Positions 17,061-26,284 of a stretch of DNA of 49,168 bases are shown here, piece by piece. Location: positions 1 to 49,168 of IMG/VR virus record IMGVR_UViG_3300037419_000207; one strand, 5' to 3'. Position 1 is the first letter of the stretch, and the number at the start of each line of letters is the position of its first letter. The translations under genes were made by a program, and so were the position numbers. This DNA is from a virus (Duplodnaviria > Caudoviricetes). The notes under the pieces are model-generated. The model was not told the origin of the DNA, did not search any database, and was given only the letters and a program-made list of their open reading frames with translations.

Positions 17061-18764
17061 TGGCAACAGTAGAAACAATCGACTTCGAGGCCGTCTATCA
17101 AGACATCGTTTCGCGTCTAAAGAAAGACGAACAGCGGCGTGAATCTACACCGCATGTTCAGATTTGGAACGGCGACTGGGATTACGTCGGAGAAGTACAC
17201 CGCGAGATTGCCGCTTCGTTCCAGCGGCTAGACAATGAAACCGGTATCGGAACCATTGAACTACCCGCTTCGTATTACCTAGCCAAGTGGCTTACCGACT
17301 CCAAGAGTCGAGCCGGACACAAAAACGTATTCGTTACCGTGGATTACCAGGGAATGCGTTGGTCCGGAACCCTTGACGAAGTAGAGCAGAAGAAAGACAA
17401 CACCGGTTATCGCACCGTTGTTGCGACCTTCTTGCACGATTACGAACACCTAAAGCACATCCTGGCATATAGTAACCCGTTCCTCCCACCAGAATTGCAG
17501 TTCCCCCGCATCTGGGTCTGCCCCCCGTCTGTAATGGGCGGGGGGCAGGCCGGGTGCCTTAAAATGTATTCTGTTTGGGCCTTCGAAATGGGCTCTAAAG
17601 CTAACGCTTTTGGTCAATCTAATGCGCCTAGAGTCTTCGCTCTGGGCTTTGCCGGATGACCCGCTAGACCCTGCGGAATGGTTCAATTTCGACCAGTCCA
17701 CTTGGTCTCAGGTCGTAGCGCCACTGAAAATCGAAGACGATAACTCTCAGTTCTGTATCGGGTTCTCCCGGTTCAAAGCTATGCACGATGTCTCTAAGAA
17801 GATCGTTGCGGACGCTCAGCTTTCGTGGATGCCACGCCGGTACCTCGAAGGTGACCCCGAGCCGTGGCCGGGCGCTAATTTGCGCCACGGCACATTGATC
17901 TGGGACCTGGTAGACAATTCGAACCACACCGAAGAAACATCGTTCGGTGGTTCGGTGTGGACGGGTCTAGAGCGTGCGTTTGTGAACATCGCAGATGACG
18001 GAATGACCGAGGGAATCGACTACATTTCCGATCCAACTTTCCCGGCCGAATACTCGGAACCGGGCTGGACGGGAACGATTGCGTGGGCTCCCGGAATCAT
18101 TCTCCGCGACGGTGACTACACCGCGATTTCATCTAATTCGTTCAAGTGGAAGCCAGCCACAGACGTTGGCTTCGTAGCCGGTGGTCATTCGATGCCGGGT
18201 GTAAACGAAGCTATTTCGGCTGCAATCCAAATGGCCGGTGACCTTATCGCGATGATGATCGGTGTACCGCCTATCGGTGGTGCTACCGATGCAGTGCTAA
18301 AGCCGCTGTACACAGACACGGTTCTAGCGTTTATGAAGTGGAAAGACATCGGCCGTGCTCAGGATTTGGGTTGGTCTCATTTCCACGAAACTTGGTGTGA
18401 TGGTTCCGACCGTGCATACACGCTTAGCGCGCTAATCGCGCTGCGCTCCGGTATGTGGCGAACACGTGAGCAGATTTCACACACCGTCGAAATTACAGAC
18501 GGTTGTGAAGGTCTCCGCGTAGGCGCTAACGGATACGGCAACTGTGACATCGGTACACGTATCGGTGTGACCGTTAAGGGATTCGGTCAGCCTGGTCAGG
18601 TTTGGATTGACCGCGTATCTGAGCTAACGCTCGGATGGGCTCGGGACACTACACCCGGATTCAAACTAACCGTTGGCGCTCGCGTAATTGAAGACCCGGT
18701 AGTCAAGGGCATGGAACTTATTAAAGAAGCATTCTCTATGGGACAGGAACTAGGTGTGTTGTGA
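17060..18764 (+). CDS. Minor tail/baseplate hub protein (L5 gp28-like), interrupted by a 52-nt insertion at ~17516-17567
   Basis: First frame reads ...SNPFLPPELQFPRIW; the +1 frame resumes ILFGPSKWALKLTLLVNLMRLE...; together these rebuild the contiguous gp28-family motif (recalled as FPKLWIIFGPAKW in L5-like phages). Confidence 0.85.
17508..17557 (+). other. Strong RNA hairpin spanning the coding-gap insertion
   Basis: GTCTGCCCCCCGTCTG-TAA-TGGGCGGGGGGCAGGC core, extendable by GCATCTG/CGGGTGC. Confidence 0.8.
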
Positions 18765-19372
18765 CAGGAATCCCTACACAAGAATCCTGCGATTGGAATA
18801 ACCCGAGTGAAGCGCTTCTGTGGGCTTCTATGTACATCCCGGTATTGGGTCGGTCTCCGATGGTTTTTCCGCGTTTGATCGCTGAGAAACTGTCGGAGCA
18901 TTACGACGCTTGCGGATTCGTTCACGTTGACCGCATCGCAGCCCTAGCGGACGAGAACGGGTACATCCACGTAGACCAGCTACCGAAACAGCGACAGAAG
19001 CTTGTCCGCCCGTATCGCGGACAGCAGACGGAGCTAAACCCTATGGGTCGCTGGGCTCCGATGGATGAGGAAGAACCCGAGCCGATCGTTATTCAGGACC
19101 CGGTTGCTATGACGGTTCATGAACGAGAAGCACAGGTCGAGCGTCTACGGTATCTCGGTTACAAAATCAATGAACCCGAACCGGAGAAGCCTAAGGGTGG
19201 GGTCGAAGACCCGCTAGACCTTCCGCCGGAATTCGATCCGGATCAGCATTCGGTTACCGAAGTGAATGCGTATCTACGGATTCTCGATAACCGTACCGAG
19301 TACGTACGGGTTATCCGCGCAGAGAAGCGCGGACAAGCTCGTAAAGGAATCTTGAAACGGTTTGACGAATGA
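18761..19372 (+). CDS. Minor tail protein (L5 gp29/DUF2744-like)
   Basis: IPTQESCD..NP.EALLWA, SEHY..CGF and RG....NP.G.W motifs. Confidence 0.75.
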   Translation: MTGIPTQESCDWNNPSEALLWASMYIPVLGRSPMVFPRLIAEKLSEHYDACGFVHVDRIAALADENGYIHVDQLPKQRQKLVRPYRGQQTELNPMGRWAPMDEEEPEPIVIQDPVAMTVHEREAQVERLRYLGYKINEPEPEKPKGGVEDPLDLPPEFDPDQHSVTEVNAYLRILDNRTEYVRVIRAEKRGQARKGILKRFDE

Positions 19373-20913
19373 CACGGTGTTACCCGCTTAAGTTCGGCAC
19401 GTACACGTTGTCGTCCGGATTCGGTATGCGGTGGGGTTCACTCCACGCCGGACAAGATTTTGCCGCTGCCGATGGCACACCTATTTATGCCTGCCAGGGC
19501 GGAACCGTTAAGTACATCGGTTCCGCTTCCGGTTACGGGCAGTGGATTGTCATTGACCATGACGATTCAGACGGTGGCGGGGTTACCGAATACGGGCACA
19601 TGTGGGATGCGTTCGCTACCGGGCTGCGTGTAGGTGACCGCGTAGAAGCGGGTCAGCTTATCGCGTATGTCGGGTCTAACGGTGAATCCACCGGACCACA
19701 CCTACATCTCTCGGTTATGCCCCGTGAATACAACCCGAACGCCAAGATTGACCCTCTCCCCTGGTTGTCTGGCGCAGTCGAGCCAGGGCAGGAAGCTAAG
19801 CCAATGACAGATATTTTTTGGGCAGACGTTTCGGAATTTCAGGTTCCGGTTAACGACGCTTACCCGTATGACGTTCTAGCTATCCGCTCGAACGATGGAA
19901 CATACCGGGACAACAACTTCGCAGAGAATTACCGATGGATGCGAGCCGCCCTAGATTCGGGTCGGCTTAAGGTCGGAATCGTTTACGCATACCTTCGCCC
20001 TAACTGGGGCGAGACTGCCGACACCATGATTGACATGATCAATCGGAACGGTGGTCTTCACCCGAAGGTTGCGCTAATGCTGGACGTAGAGTCCGGCGGT
20101 AACCCGGTAGGTGGTGCGGCTGACTGGATTAACCGCACGTATTGGCGGCTAGCTGACTTCACCGGAGACCGTAAGCGCGTATTCGGATACGCGAACCGTG
20201 GTGACTTCGATTCGATGTGGTATGAGCGCCCGGACGGGTTGCTTGTGATCGGTGCCGGATACGGCTCGAACCCTCAGCTCCCCGGCCAGATTGGTCACCA
20301 GTACACAGACGGTCTTATCGGTGCCGGTCAGGGCTTGCCTATGGGCGTTGCCCCGTTCGGTAACTGTGACATGAATACAGCTCCGATGACTTCGGATGAA
20401 CTCGCAGCGGCTCTAGGTGTCGGCGCTCCCCCGGTCAACCAGATTGACCTAGTGGCAGCGGACCAGGCGAACAATTGGCTTGGTGACCGAATCACTCGCG
20501 GGGAGAACGTAACCCCGGACGGAGTTGGTCGCTTCGCTCAGTTCGCCAACGGTTACGTGTATTGGCATCCGGACCATGGTGCTTACGCGATTCCTACCCG
20601 GCTGTTCGAGGCTTACGCCGAATACGGCTGGGAGGCTGGCGAATTGGGTTACCCGGTTCAGCCGTACACCCACACACCCGAGGGCGATATTCAGGCGTTC
20701 GCCGGTGGGGTTCTGTACCGGAAGAACGGCGCGGCTCACGGGTATTACGTCCGTGGCGCTATCGCCTACCGCTGGGCTTCGCTCGGTTGGGAGAAGTCCG
20801 TTTACGGATGGCCTACAGGGCTCGAAACGGATCACGACGGGGGCAAGGTACAGACCTTCGAAAACGGGGCTCTGTATTGGAATCCGACCAGCGTAATCGG
20901 CATTACTAAGTAA
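19369..20913 (+). CDS. lysA: Endolysin (lysin A): M23 peptidase + GH25-like muramidase + LGFP repeats
   Basis: H.GQDF and TGPHLH (M23); WADVSEFQ, LDVES, HQYTD (GH25-like); GELGYP and YGWPT..E (LGFP-like). Confidence 0.9.
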   Translation: MTRCYPLKFGTYTLSSGFGMRWGSLHAGQDFAAADGTPIYACQGGTVKYIGSASGYGQWIVIDHDDSDGGGVTEYGHMWDAFATGLRVGDRVEAGQLIAYVGSNGESTGPHLHLSVMPREYNPNAKIDPLPWLSGAVEPGQEAKPMTDIFWADVSEFQVPVNDAYPYDVLAIRSNDGTYRDNNFAENYRWMRAALDSGRLKVGIVYAYLRPNWGETADTMIDMINRNGGLHPKVALMLDVESGGNPVGGAADWINRTYWRLADFTGDRKRVFGYANRGDFDSMWYERPDGLLVIGAGYGSNPQLPGQIGHQYTDGLIGAGQGLPMGVAPFGNCDMNTAPMTSDELAAALGVGAPPVNQIDLVAADQANNWLGDRITRGENVTPDGVGRFAQFANGYVYWHPDHGAYAIPTRLFEAYAEYGWEAGELGYPVQPYTHTPEGDIQAFAGGVLYRKNGAAHGYYVRGAIAYRWASLGWEKSVYGWPTGLETDHDGGKVQTFENGALYWNPTSVIGITK

Positions 20914-20926
20914 GGGATTAACCACA

Positions 20927-21178
20927 GTGGTTACTAAGCTAGGTCAGTACATGAAAGCTGTAGAGGCTTTCATCGGTGCGGTGCTCATGGTCGGAACTGT
21001 GGTTCTGTCTCAGTCGGCGCACCTACCGACACCGGTTGTTACCGGTGCGGTAGCGGTTATCGGTGTTCTCACAACCGTAAAGGTGTGGCTCACTCGGAAT
21101 GAGCCGCTGATTGAGGAAGCCGTAGAAGCGGCTGTAGAGCTAGGCCAGGGCGTAGCGTCGGCGGGTAAGACCAAGTAA
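20927..21178 (+). CDS. Holin (putative)
   Basis: Two hydrophobic segments, directly after the lysin. Confidence 0.7.
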   Translation: MVTKLGQYMKAVEAFIGAVLMVGTVVLSQSAHLPTPVVTGAVAVIGVLTTVKVWLTRNEPLIEEAVEAAVELGQGVASAGKTK

Positions 21179-21182
21179 CCCG

Positions 21183-21518
21183 ATGACCGAAGCGACACTT
21201 CCTGAAAGTGCTCCGCTATGGCTTTGGGTTCTGTTTATTGTTACGCCCGTCCTGGTAGCGCTAATTACCTACTGGGGTGGGCGTAAGAACCGCGCAGACA
21301 TTAAAGAAGTACGCGAGCACGTAGCTAATACACACCAAACAAACCTACGTGAAGATATCGACAAAATCATTTCGGGTATGACGGACATTAAGTCCGTCCA
21401 GTTCGACCAGGGTCAGACACTAGACCGGATGAACACCCGTATCCATGACGTAGACCGCAAGGTTGAAGTTTACCGCGATGTTGTCGAGAAATTTCTAATT
21501 CAGAACAGCGACGGTTAA
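21183..21518 (+). CDS. Membrane protein of the lysis cassette (DUF2746-like)
   Basis: N-terminal TM helix, 'HV.NTH.TNLREDID' motif, coiled coil. Confidence 0.7.
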   Translation: MTEATLPESAPLWLWVLFIVTPVLVALITYWGGRKNRADIKEVREHVANTHQTNLREDIDKIISGMTDIKSVQFDQGQTLDRMNTRIHDVDRKVEVYRDVVEKFLIQNSDG

Positions 21519-21521
21519 GAC

Positions 21522-22562
21522 GTGACTACGCCCCGAATCCCAGCCCCGGACGGCTCATTTGTTCTGGGTAGCCGTTACGGGCAGGACATCACCGAAGAAT
21601 CCGCTAAGCAAATGACTAAAAGCGGTGTTGTCGGTTCTTATCAGAACGCTCAGGATCAGCACAAAACGAATGTGACACTCCCGATTTCCACCACTGTGCG
21701 TGGTGTGACCGGGAGTATTACCGGCTCGGTGGAAACAGATGACCCGAGCCAGGTTGGTCCGGCGGTATCTCAGCTCAACCAGACGGTACAAACCGGGGCT
21801 CAGCCGCCACAGGTAACCATTATCAACACCACCCGGTCTTACACCCAGCCAGCCGGGGCTAAGTCGTTCACGTTCGACGTATTCGGTGCCGGTGGAGGCG
21901 GTGCCCGTGGTCCGTCTGTATCCGGCTCCGGTTATCCCGGCGGCTCGGGCGGTATCGGCGGATGGCAAGAGGTAACTATTGCGGCCAGCTCGCTACCGCC
22001 AACGTTTATGTGCAATATCGGTGCGGTCGGTGCTGCTGGCACAGCGGATAACCAGGCTGGCGGGGACGGTGGAACTTCGTCAGTTACTTCGATGGACGGT
22101 TCGGTTATCTACGTTTCCGCTACCGGCGGTAAAGGTGGCCGTCCGGTTGCGTCCGGTACCACACTGCCATCTACCGCGTTTAACGGAATGCCAGGCTCCG
22201 GCAATATGACGTGGAGCGTTTTGTTCCCGTTCGGTGGTGGATGCGGTGGTGCTCGTGGAATCAACGGAGACGTAGGTACATCCGGTTACAACGGTTCTAA
22301 CGGTGCCGGTGGTGCTGGGGGCACCGGAGGTGGTGGAGCTGGCGGAAACGGTTCCTCGAATATCTCTGCGTCGATTCCCGGTGTCGGTGGCTCCGGTGGT
22401 GGCGGTGGTGGCGGTGGTGTCACCGGTAACGGCGGTAAAGGCGGTAAGGGCGGAACCCCGGCCGGTGGCGGTGGGGGTGGAGGCGCTTTCTACGCCGGTG
22501 GTGTGAACGGCAACGGTGACACTGGCGGACCCGGACAGATTTGGATTCAAGCTAATTTCTAA
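21522..22562 (+). CDS. Glycine-rich minor tail protein
   Basis: MTTP..PAPDGSFV.G..YGQ N-terminus; GGGG-rich C-terminal domain. Confidence 0.8.
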   Translation: MTTPRIPAPDGSFVLGSRYGQDITEESAKQMTKSGVVGSYQNAQDQHKTNVTLPISTTVRGVTGSITGSVETDDPSQVGPAVSQLNQTVQTGAQPPQVTIINTTRSYTQPAGAKSFTFDVFGAGGGGARGPSVSGSGYPGGSGGIGGWQEVTIAASSLPPTFMCNIGAVGAAGTADNQAGGDGGTSSVTSMDGSVIYVSATGGKGGRPVASGTTLPSTAFNGMPGSGNMTWSVLFPFGGGCGGARGINGDVGTSGYNGSNGAGGAGGTGGGGAGGNGSSNISASIPGVGGSGGGGGGGGVTGNGGKGGKGGTPAGGGGGGGAFYAGGVNGNGDTGGPGQIWIQANF

Positions 22563-22566
22563 GGAA

Positions 22567-22581
22567 CTTGACAATGGCTGA
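22567..22581 (+). promoter_or_regulatory. Stoperator-like repressor site
   Basis: CTTGACAATGGCTGA at a gene junction. Confidence 0.7.
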
Positions 22582-22780
22582 CTACCGGTGCCCCGATTGC
22601 AATTCGTTTGAAATCTGGGACTTTGACGCTCCCGGGTTTGAGGATGCTTCCGCCGAGATGATCGCGGCGCACGAAGCGACCCACCAGTTCCAGCTAGAAC
22701 ACCATGACGGAGACGTGGAAAAGATGCAGATGCAGCTACAGAACCCGTCTCTATTCGCAGCCACCTACGGGGCTGAGTGA
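22574..22780 (+). CDS. Hypothetical protein (CxxC...H motif)
   Basis: AAGGA RBS; tight packing with neighbours. Confidence 0.65.
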   Translation: MADYRCPDCNSFEIWDFDAPGFEDASAEMIAAHEATHQFQLEHHDGDVEKMQMQLQNPSLFAATYGAE

Positions 22781-23085
22781 CTATGGGTATGGGATGGAAA
22801 CCGATTTTCGAGGTTATCAACCTCTCTAACGGCGACTGGATTTACTCGCGAACCAGCCCAACCACTTTGCCATCTGGCACTACCGCTCAGATCGTTTGGG
22901 CGAACGGGGTTACGTGGGATGCGGTGGTGGACGGAAACACCGTCACGTGGCGTGTAGAGGCTGCGTCTGTAGCTCTCGTGCCATCGGGCACGGCTTACTC
23001 AATGTTCGTCCGGTACCCGAACACGACTACCGGCACAACCGATGACTACGAATGGAAGAACGGACGTTCGTTCCGTCGCCCGTAA
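22777..23085 (+). CDS. Putative minor tail protein
   Basis: Beta-rich; GTGA overlap; lies in the tail module. Confidence 0.6.
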   Translation: MTMGMGWKPIFEVINLSNGDWIYSRTSPTTLPSGTTAQIVWANGVTWDAVVDGNTVTWRVEAASVALVPSGTAYSMFVRYPNTTTGTTDDYEWKNGRSFRRP

Positions 23086-23097
23086 GGAATTATTAAT

Positions 23098-23445
23098 ATG
23101 GCTTTGCGTGTACTCGCTACCGCTAACGCGGCGGCTCAGGACTGGGCTAATAAGGGCGCTACGTATTCTCTGCACACCGGTAACCCCGGCGCGTCCGGTA
23201 CAGCTAATGAGGCTTCCGGTGGAGGATACTCCCGACAGACAACTACATGGGGTTCTCCGTCTAACGGTGTGATTACCGGTTCGCAGATTACGTTTACTGT
23301 TCCTGCGGGAACCTACACGCATATGTGCCGGTGGAACGGCACAACCCTGCTGGACATTATCGACACGGTAGACGCAACGATTAACCCGGCCGGTGAAATC
23401 AAGGTAACACCTTCGAACGACGCTAACTACGTAGCTTGGGTCTAA
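23098..23445 (+). CDS. Putative minor tail/fibre protein
   Basis: SLHTGNPG..G..NEASGGGYSRQ motif of actinophage tail-fibre-associated proteins. Confidence 0.7.
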   Translation: MALRVLATANAAAQDWANKGATYSLHTGNPGASGTANEASGGGYSRQTTTWGSPSNGVITGSQITFTVPAGTYTHMCRWNGTTLLDIIDTVDATINPAGEIKVTPSNDANYVAWV

Positions 23446-23448
23446 GAC

Positions 23449-24528
23449 ATGACGGAAACATTTCCTAACCCCGATACGGCTGTGGTGATGTTTCCGGTTG
23501 CTGATTCCGTAGCCGAGTCTTTCCCCGGTGCTGGTTCCCGAACAATCGAGTTCCCGGCACCGGATTCGGTAACCGAATTGTTTCCCGGTATGGATTCGGG
23601 AATCGCCGTGTTCCCAACACCGCCGATCGTTACCGAACAGCGCCTAGCGCAAGTAATCATGGACATGACGCCATCGGCGTCGTGGATTGTTATTCCGTGG
23701 CGCGACGCTGCGGTATTCATGGGTATGTCTCCGGGCGCTACGCCATTCGTTTCGGTAGCGGTCAATGCTCCCGTGTTTATGGACTTCACGCAGTCGGTTA
23801 CGTACGGCGTAGCGATGGACGCTCCACAGTCAATGAATGTGACACCTCAGGCTGTGGTTACCCCGGCAGTGTCAACCCCTGCTGTGGTCTCGTTCGATCA
23901 GGTAGCTAACGGTAACCCGGATTACATTGACGTGATTGTGGTGGCGGATGTTCAGACCGCTATGAATATCGCGGCTCAGGTTCAGTTGTACGGCTTTATC
24001 GGTGCCCCGGTCAGTGAGTCTGCTGTACCGGATGCATTGGTTAAACCGTCTCCGTCGATTACGGTTCCGGTGTCTATGGCTATGGTTCCGAACGCTTCGC
24101 TTACCGTGGTCACGTTCAAACCGTCTGGCATGAACAAGTCCGGTTCTCAGACCATCACAGCTACGAGTAGCTATACCCAGGTAACCGGTTGGGTTGCGGA
24201 CACCACGAACTACCCCGGCTCTACCGTGTCGAGTAACGCTCTTGTCATTCAGTCCACCGGTACAGCCAAGATCAGCGCGAGTATCACCAACACGAACAGC
24301 AACAGTTCCACGACAACTACATGCCGTATTTTGGTGAACGGGACAATCGTTGCTACCGGCTCGGCGTCCCCAGCGTCCACGGGTTCGTTCCCGTGGACGA
24401 ATACATGTACGGCTACATGGACCGGGGCGGTTACTGCTGGTCAAACGGTTACTATCGAATTCGATATGGCGCTGTTCGCCAGCGCAACTATTACGGCTGG
24501 TTCGGTCACTGTAATTAATGCTGGCTAA
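23449..24528 (+). CDS. Putative tail fibre / receptor-binding protein
   Basis: Val/Thr/Ser-rich repeats; C-terminal 'PSGMNKSG...VTGWVADTTNYPGS' domain. Confidence 0.65.
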   Translation: MTETFPNPDTAVVMFPVADSVAESFPGAGSRTIEFPAPDSVTELFPGMDSGIAVFPTPPIVTEQRLAQVIMDMTPSASWIVIPWRDAAVFMGMSPGATPFVSVAVNAPVFMDFTQSVTYGVAMDAPQSMNVTPQAVVTPAVSTPAVVSFDQVANGNPDYIDVIVVADVQTAMNIAAQVQLYGFIGAPVSESAVPDALVKPSPSITVPVSMAMVPNASLTVVTFKPSGMNKSGSQTITATSSYTQVTGWVADTTNYPGSTVSSNALVIQSTGTAKISASITNTNSNSSTTTTCRILVNGTIVATGSASPASTGSFPWTNTCTATWTGAVTAGQTVTIEFDMALFASATITAGSVTVINAG

Positions 24529-24530
24529 CG

Positions 24531-24561
24531 CTTGACATTGGCTCACTCTCTCGCTTAATCT
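24531..24561 (+). promoter_or_regulatory. SigA-like promoter overlapping a repressor site
   Basis: TTGACA (24532-37), 18 nt, TAATCT (24556-61); CTTGACATTGGCTCA operator. Confidence 0.8.
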
Positions 24562-24593
24562 AAGTACACAAGCAACGGAGAGGAACCGGGAAC

Positions 24594-24767
24594 ATGTGGA
24601 CAATCGAATTCGGTAACAACGAAACCGAGACATTGACTTCGGCGACGGAACTTCTGGACTTGGCGCTGGACTTCGCAGACAGCGGCACCGTGTGGCATAT
24701 GGTCACCGGTCCGGATATCGACGGTATGGACGCAAACGACTGGCTCAACGCAATGACTATGGAGTGA
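24594..24767 (+). CDS. Small acidic hypothetical protein (57 aa, MWTIEFGNNE...)
   Basis: GGAGAGG RBS; flanked by its own promoter and terminator; not in the ORF track. Confidence 0.75.
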   Translation: MWTIEFGNNETETLTSATELLDLALDFADSGTVWHMVTGPDIDGMDANDWLNAMTME

Positions 24768-24780
24768 CACCACAACAACT

Positions 24781-24808
24781 AAACCCCCGCTTCGGCGGGG
24801 GTTTTTTG
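24781..24808 (+). terminator. Intrinsic terminator
   Basis: AAACCCCCGC-TTCG-GCGGGGGTTTTTT. Confidence 0.9.
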
Positions 24809-24832
24809 TGTCTAAACGGTCTTAGCTAAGAA

Positions 24833-24863
24833 CTTGACATTGGCTTACGCTTAGACCTAAGCT
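24833..24863 (+). promoter_or_regulatory. SigA-like promoter overlapping a repressor site (probably leaderless transcript)
   Basis: TTGACA (24834-39), 18 nt, TAAGCT (24858-63); ATG 6 nt downstream. Confidence 0.75.
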
Positions 24864-24869
24864 AAGGGC

Positions 24870-25127
24870 ATGGCAAAGATGACACAGAAGATGCGGCGGA
24901 CGCTCGAAGTTCTCGAACCGATGAGCCACGGCATTGATTCCGGTATGACTTGCGCCGAAGTGGTGGGTAGTGGTGGCACTCAAAGTTGCCTCTACACGGC
25001 GGTTAAGAAACAGTGGGCCGCTAAAGAGTCTTACCGACAAGGGTTCTACTCGGATAACCCGAACGCAGCCCCCCGGTACTATCGGACCGCAGCGGGCACA
25101 GCCGCCCTCGAAGAGACCGACAACTAA
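24870..25127 (+). CDS. Hypothetical protein (possible winged helix)
   Basis: Directly after a promoter; ends 'YYRTAAGTAAL', resembling a wHTH wing. Confidence 0.65.
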   Translation: MAKMTQKMRRTLEVLEPMSHGIDSGMTCAEVVGSGGTQSCLYTAVKKQWAAKESYRQGFYSDNPNAAPRYYRTAAGTAALEETDN

Positions 25128-25181
25128 ACCCCCGACTCCCCCGGCTCCGGCCGGGGGTTTCCACCCGACAGGAGAAACACA

Positions 25182-25526
25182 GTGCGTTTGGTTTTCATCG
25201 CCCCCGGCCAGGAACCGAAGAAACTGGAACTCGACCAGAAGCCGACCCTTGCCAAGCTTTACGAATTGCTCGGGTGCAATTACGTAGAGATGATCCACGT
25301 CACGGACGAAGTTGTTATGTGGTTTGACGAAGACGGTAAGGCTCAGAACAAGCCCGTGAACCCGGGTGCTACGTTGCTTCTCGAATTCGCGGGTGGGATG
25401 CCGGGTGATTGGGTTGCCGGTCCGGTTCTCATCACCGGCATTGACGGTAGCGGGGATATCTGCGAACCGGATGTAGAGTCCCTGAACCGAGAGATTGACG
25501 CTTACGCTAAGCAACGGGAGAACTGA
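25182..25526 (+). CDS. DUF3846-like hypothetical protein
   Basis: AGGAGA RBS; 'LGCNYVE...MWFDEDGK...PVNP.AT...GPVLITG' motif. Confidence 0.75.
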   Translation: MRLVFIAPGQEPKKLELDQKPTLAKLYELLGCNYVEMIHVTDEVVMWFDEDGKAQNKPVNPGATLLLEFAGGMPGDWVAGPVLITGIDGSGDICEPDVESLNREIDAYAKQREN

Positions 25527-25541
25527 ACCACCGACACACAG

Positions 25542-25567
25542 CCCCCGGCCCACCGCCGGGGGTTTTG
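25542..25567 (+). terminator. Intrinsic terminator
   Basis: CCCCCGGC-CCACC-GCCGGGGG-TTTTG. Confidence 0.8.
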
Positions 25568-25574
25568 TCGTATG

Positions 25575-25659
25575 TAGCCTCATGAGACTAGGCCAGAGCT
25601 AGTGTGTAGCCTTGCGAGACGTTGTAGCCTCAAGGGACCACTACCTAGCCTTGAAGGGG
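25575..25659. promoter_or_regulatory. Array of four related TAGCCT-N-GAGAC sites (putative XRE operators)
   Basis: TAGCCTCATGAGACTA (near-palindrome, 25575), TAGCCTTGCGAGAC (25607), TAGCCTCAAGGGAC (25625), TAGCCTTGAAGGG (25646). Confidence 0.6.
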
Positions 25660-25664
25660 GAACA

Positions 25665-26282
25665 GTGGCAACCAAGTACGGGAAGTACATCCGGCAAGCC
25701 CGAGAAGCGGCCGGACTATCGCAAACGGAGTTAGCCGAAGCGGTAGGGGTCGAAGGGAACCAGGTCAGCCGGTGGGAACGTGACGTTAGCCCTCCAGGAC
25801 TAGAGAACTTCGATCGCATCGCCACGGCCACCGACCGAAGCCTTGACGAACTCGCCGGGAAGGTGCCGATCGGTATCGACCTCTCCGGCCAGTGGTTCGC
25901 CGCTTGGGAGACGTGGCGGCTCGGTCTCCGGGTAATCAACACCCATGGACTAGTCGCTACACACCACGGCGAGCGGGTCAAGTTCGAGGCAGACGGGGAT
26001 TATGAGTGGTATGGGGATTTCCGGTTCCGCTGGCACCAACTCAAAGGCGATTACGTTTCCACCGAAGCGGGTCGGCCCGCCGGTGGGGTTATGTTCCTGC
26101 CACTCACAGCAGACCGGCAAACCGCTTTCGGCCCGTGGGCCGGAATTACCGGCGAAGGCAAGATCGGTAAAGGCTGGGGAGTTATCTCCCGCTCGGAATC
26201 GTACGCGAGCGACCTACTCAAAAAGTTGATTCACGATCCGGAATCGGTCACAGAATGGCCGATCGAATTGGCAGGGGTTTAA
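25665..26282 (+). CDS. XRE-family HTH regulator with a beta-rich C-terminal domain
   Basis: IRQAREAAGLSQTELAEAVGV...VSRWERD..PP HTH_3 signature; GAAGGGGG RBS then GTG. Confidence 0.85.
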   Translation: MATKYGKYIRQAREAAGLSQTELAEAVGVEGNQVSRWERDVSPPGLENFDRIATATDRSLDELAGKVPIGIDLSGQWFAAWETWRLGLRVINTHGLVATHHGERVKFEADGDYEWYGDFRFRWHQLKGDYVSTEAGRPAGGVMFLPLTADRQTAFGPWAGITGEGKIGKGWGVISRSESYASDLLKKLIHDPESVTEWPIELAGV

Positions 26283-26284
26283 CC

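Noticed and set aside
17517-17573. TCTG direct repeat as a transposon target-site duplication
   Set aside because: The copies are 53 nt apart, so precise excision would not restore the frame; no terminal inverted repeats at the ends
17610-18764. Treating 17610-18764 as an independent gene with a TTG start
   Set aside because: No Shine-Dalgarno, and family similarity extends upstream to 17568; better read as the second half of one interrupted gene, though independent initiation is not formally excluded
24822-25583. Long antisense ORFs (e.g. 24822-25583, 22080-22820, 23872-24633, 46206-47054)
   Set aside because: Shadow frames opposite genes with clear RBS and motifs; some cross terminators
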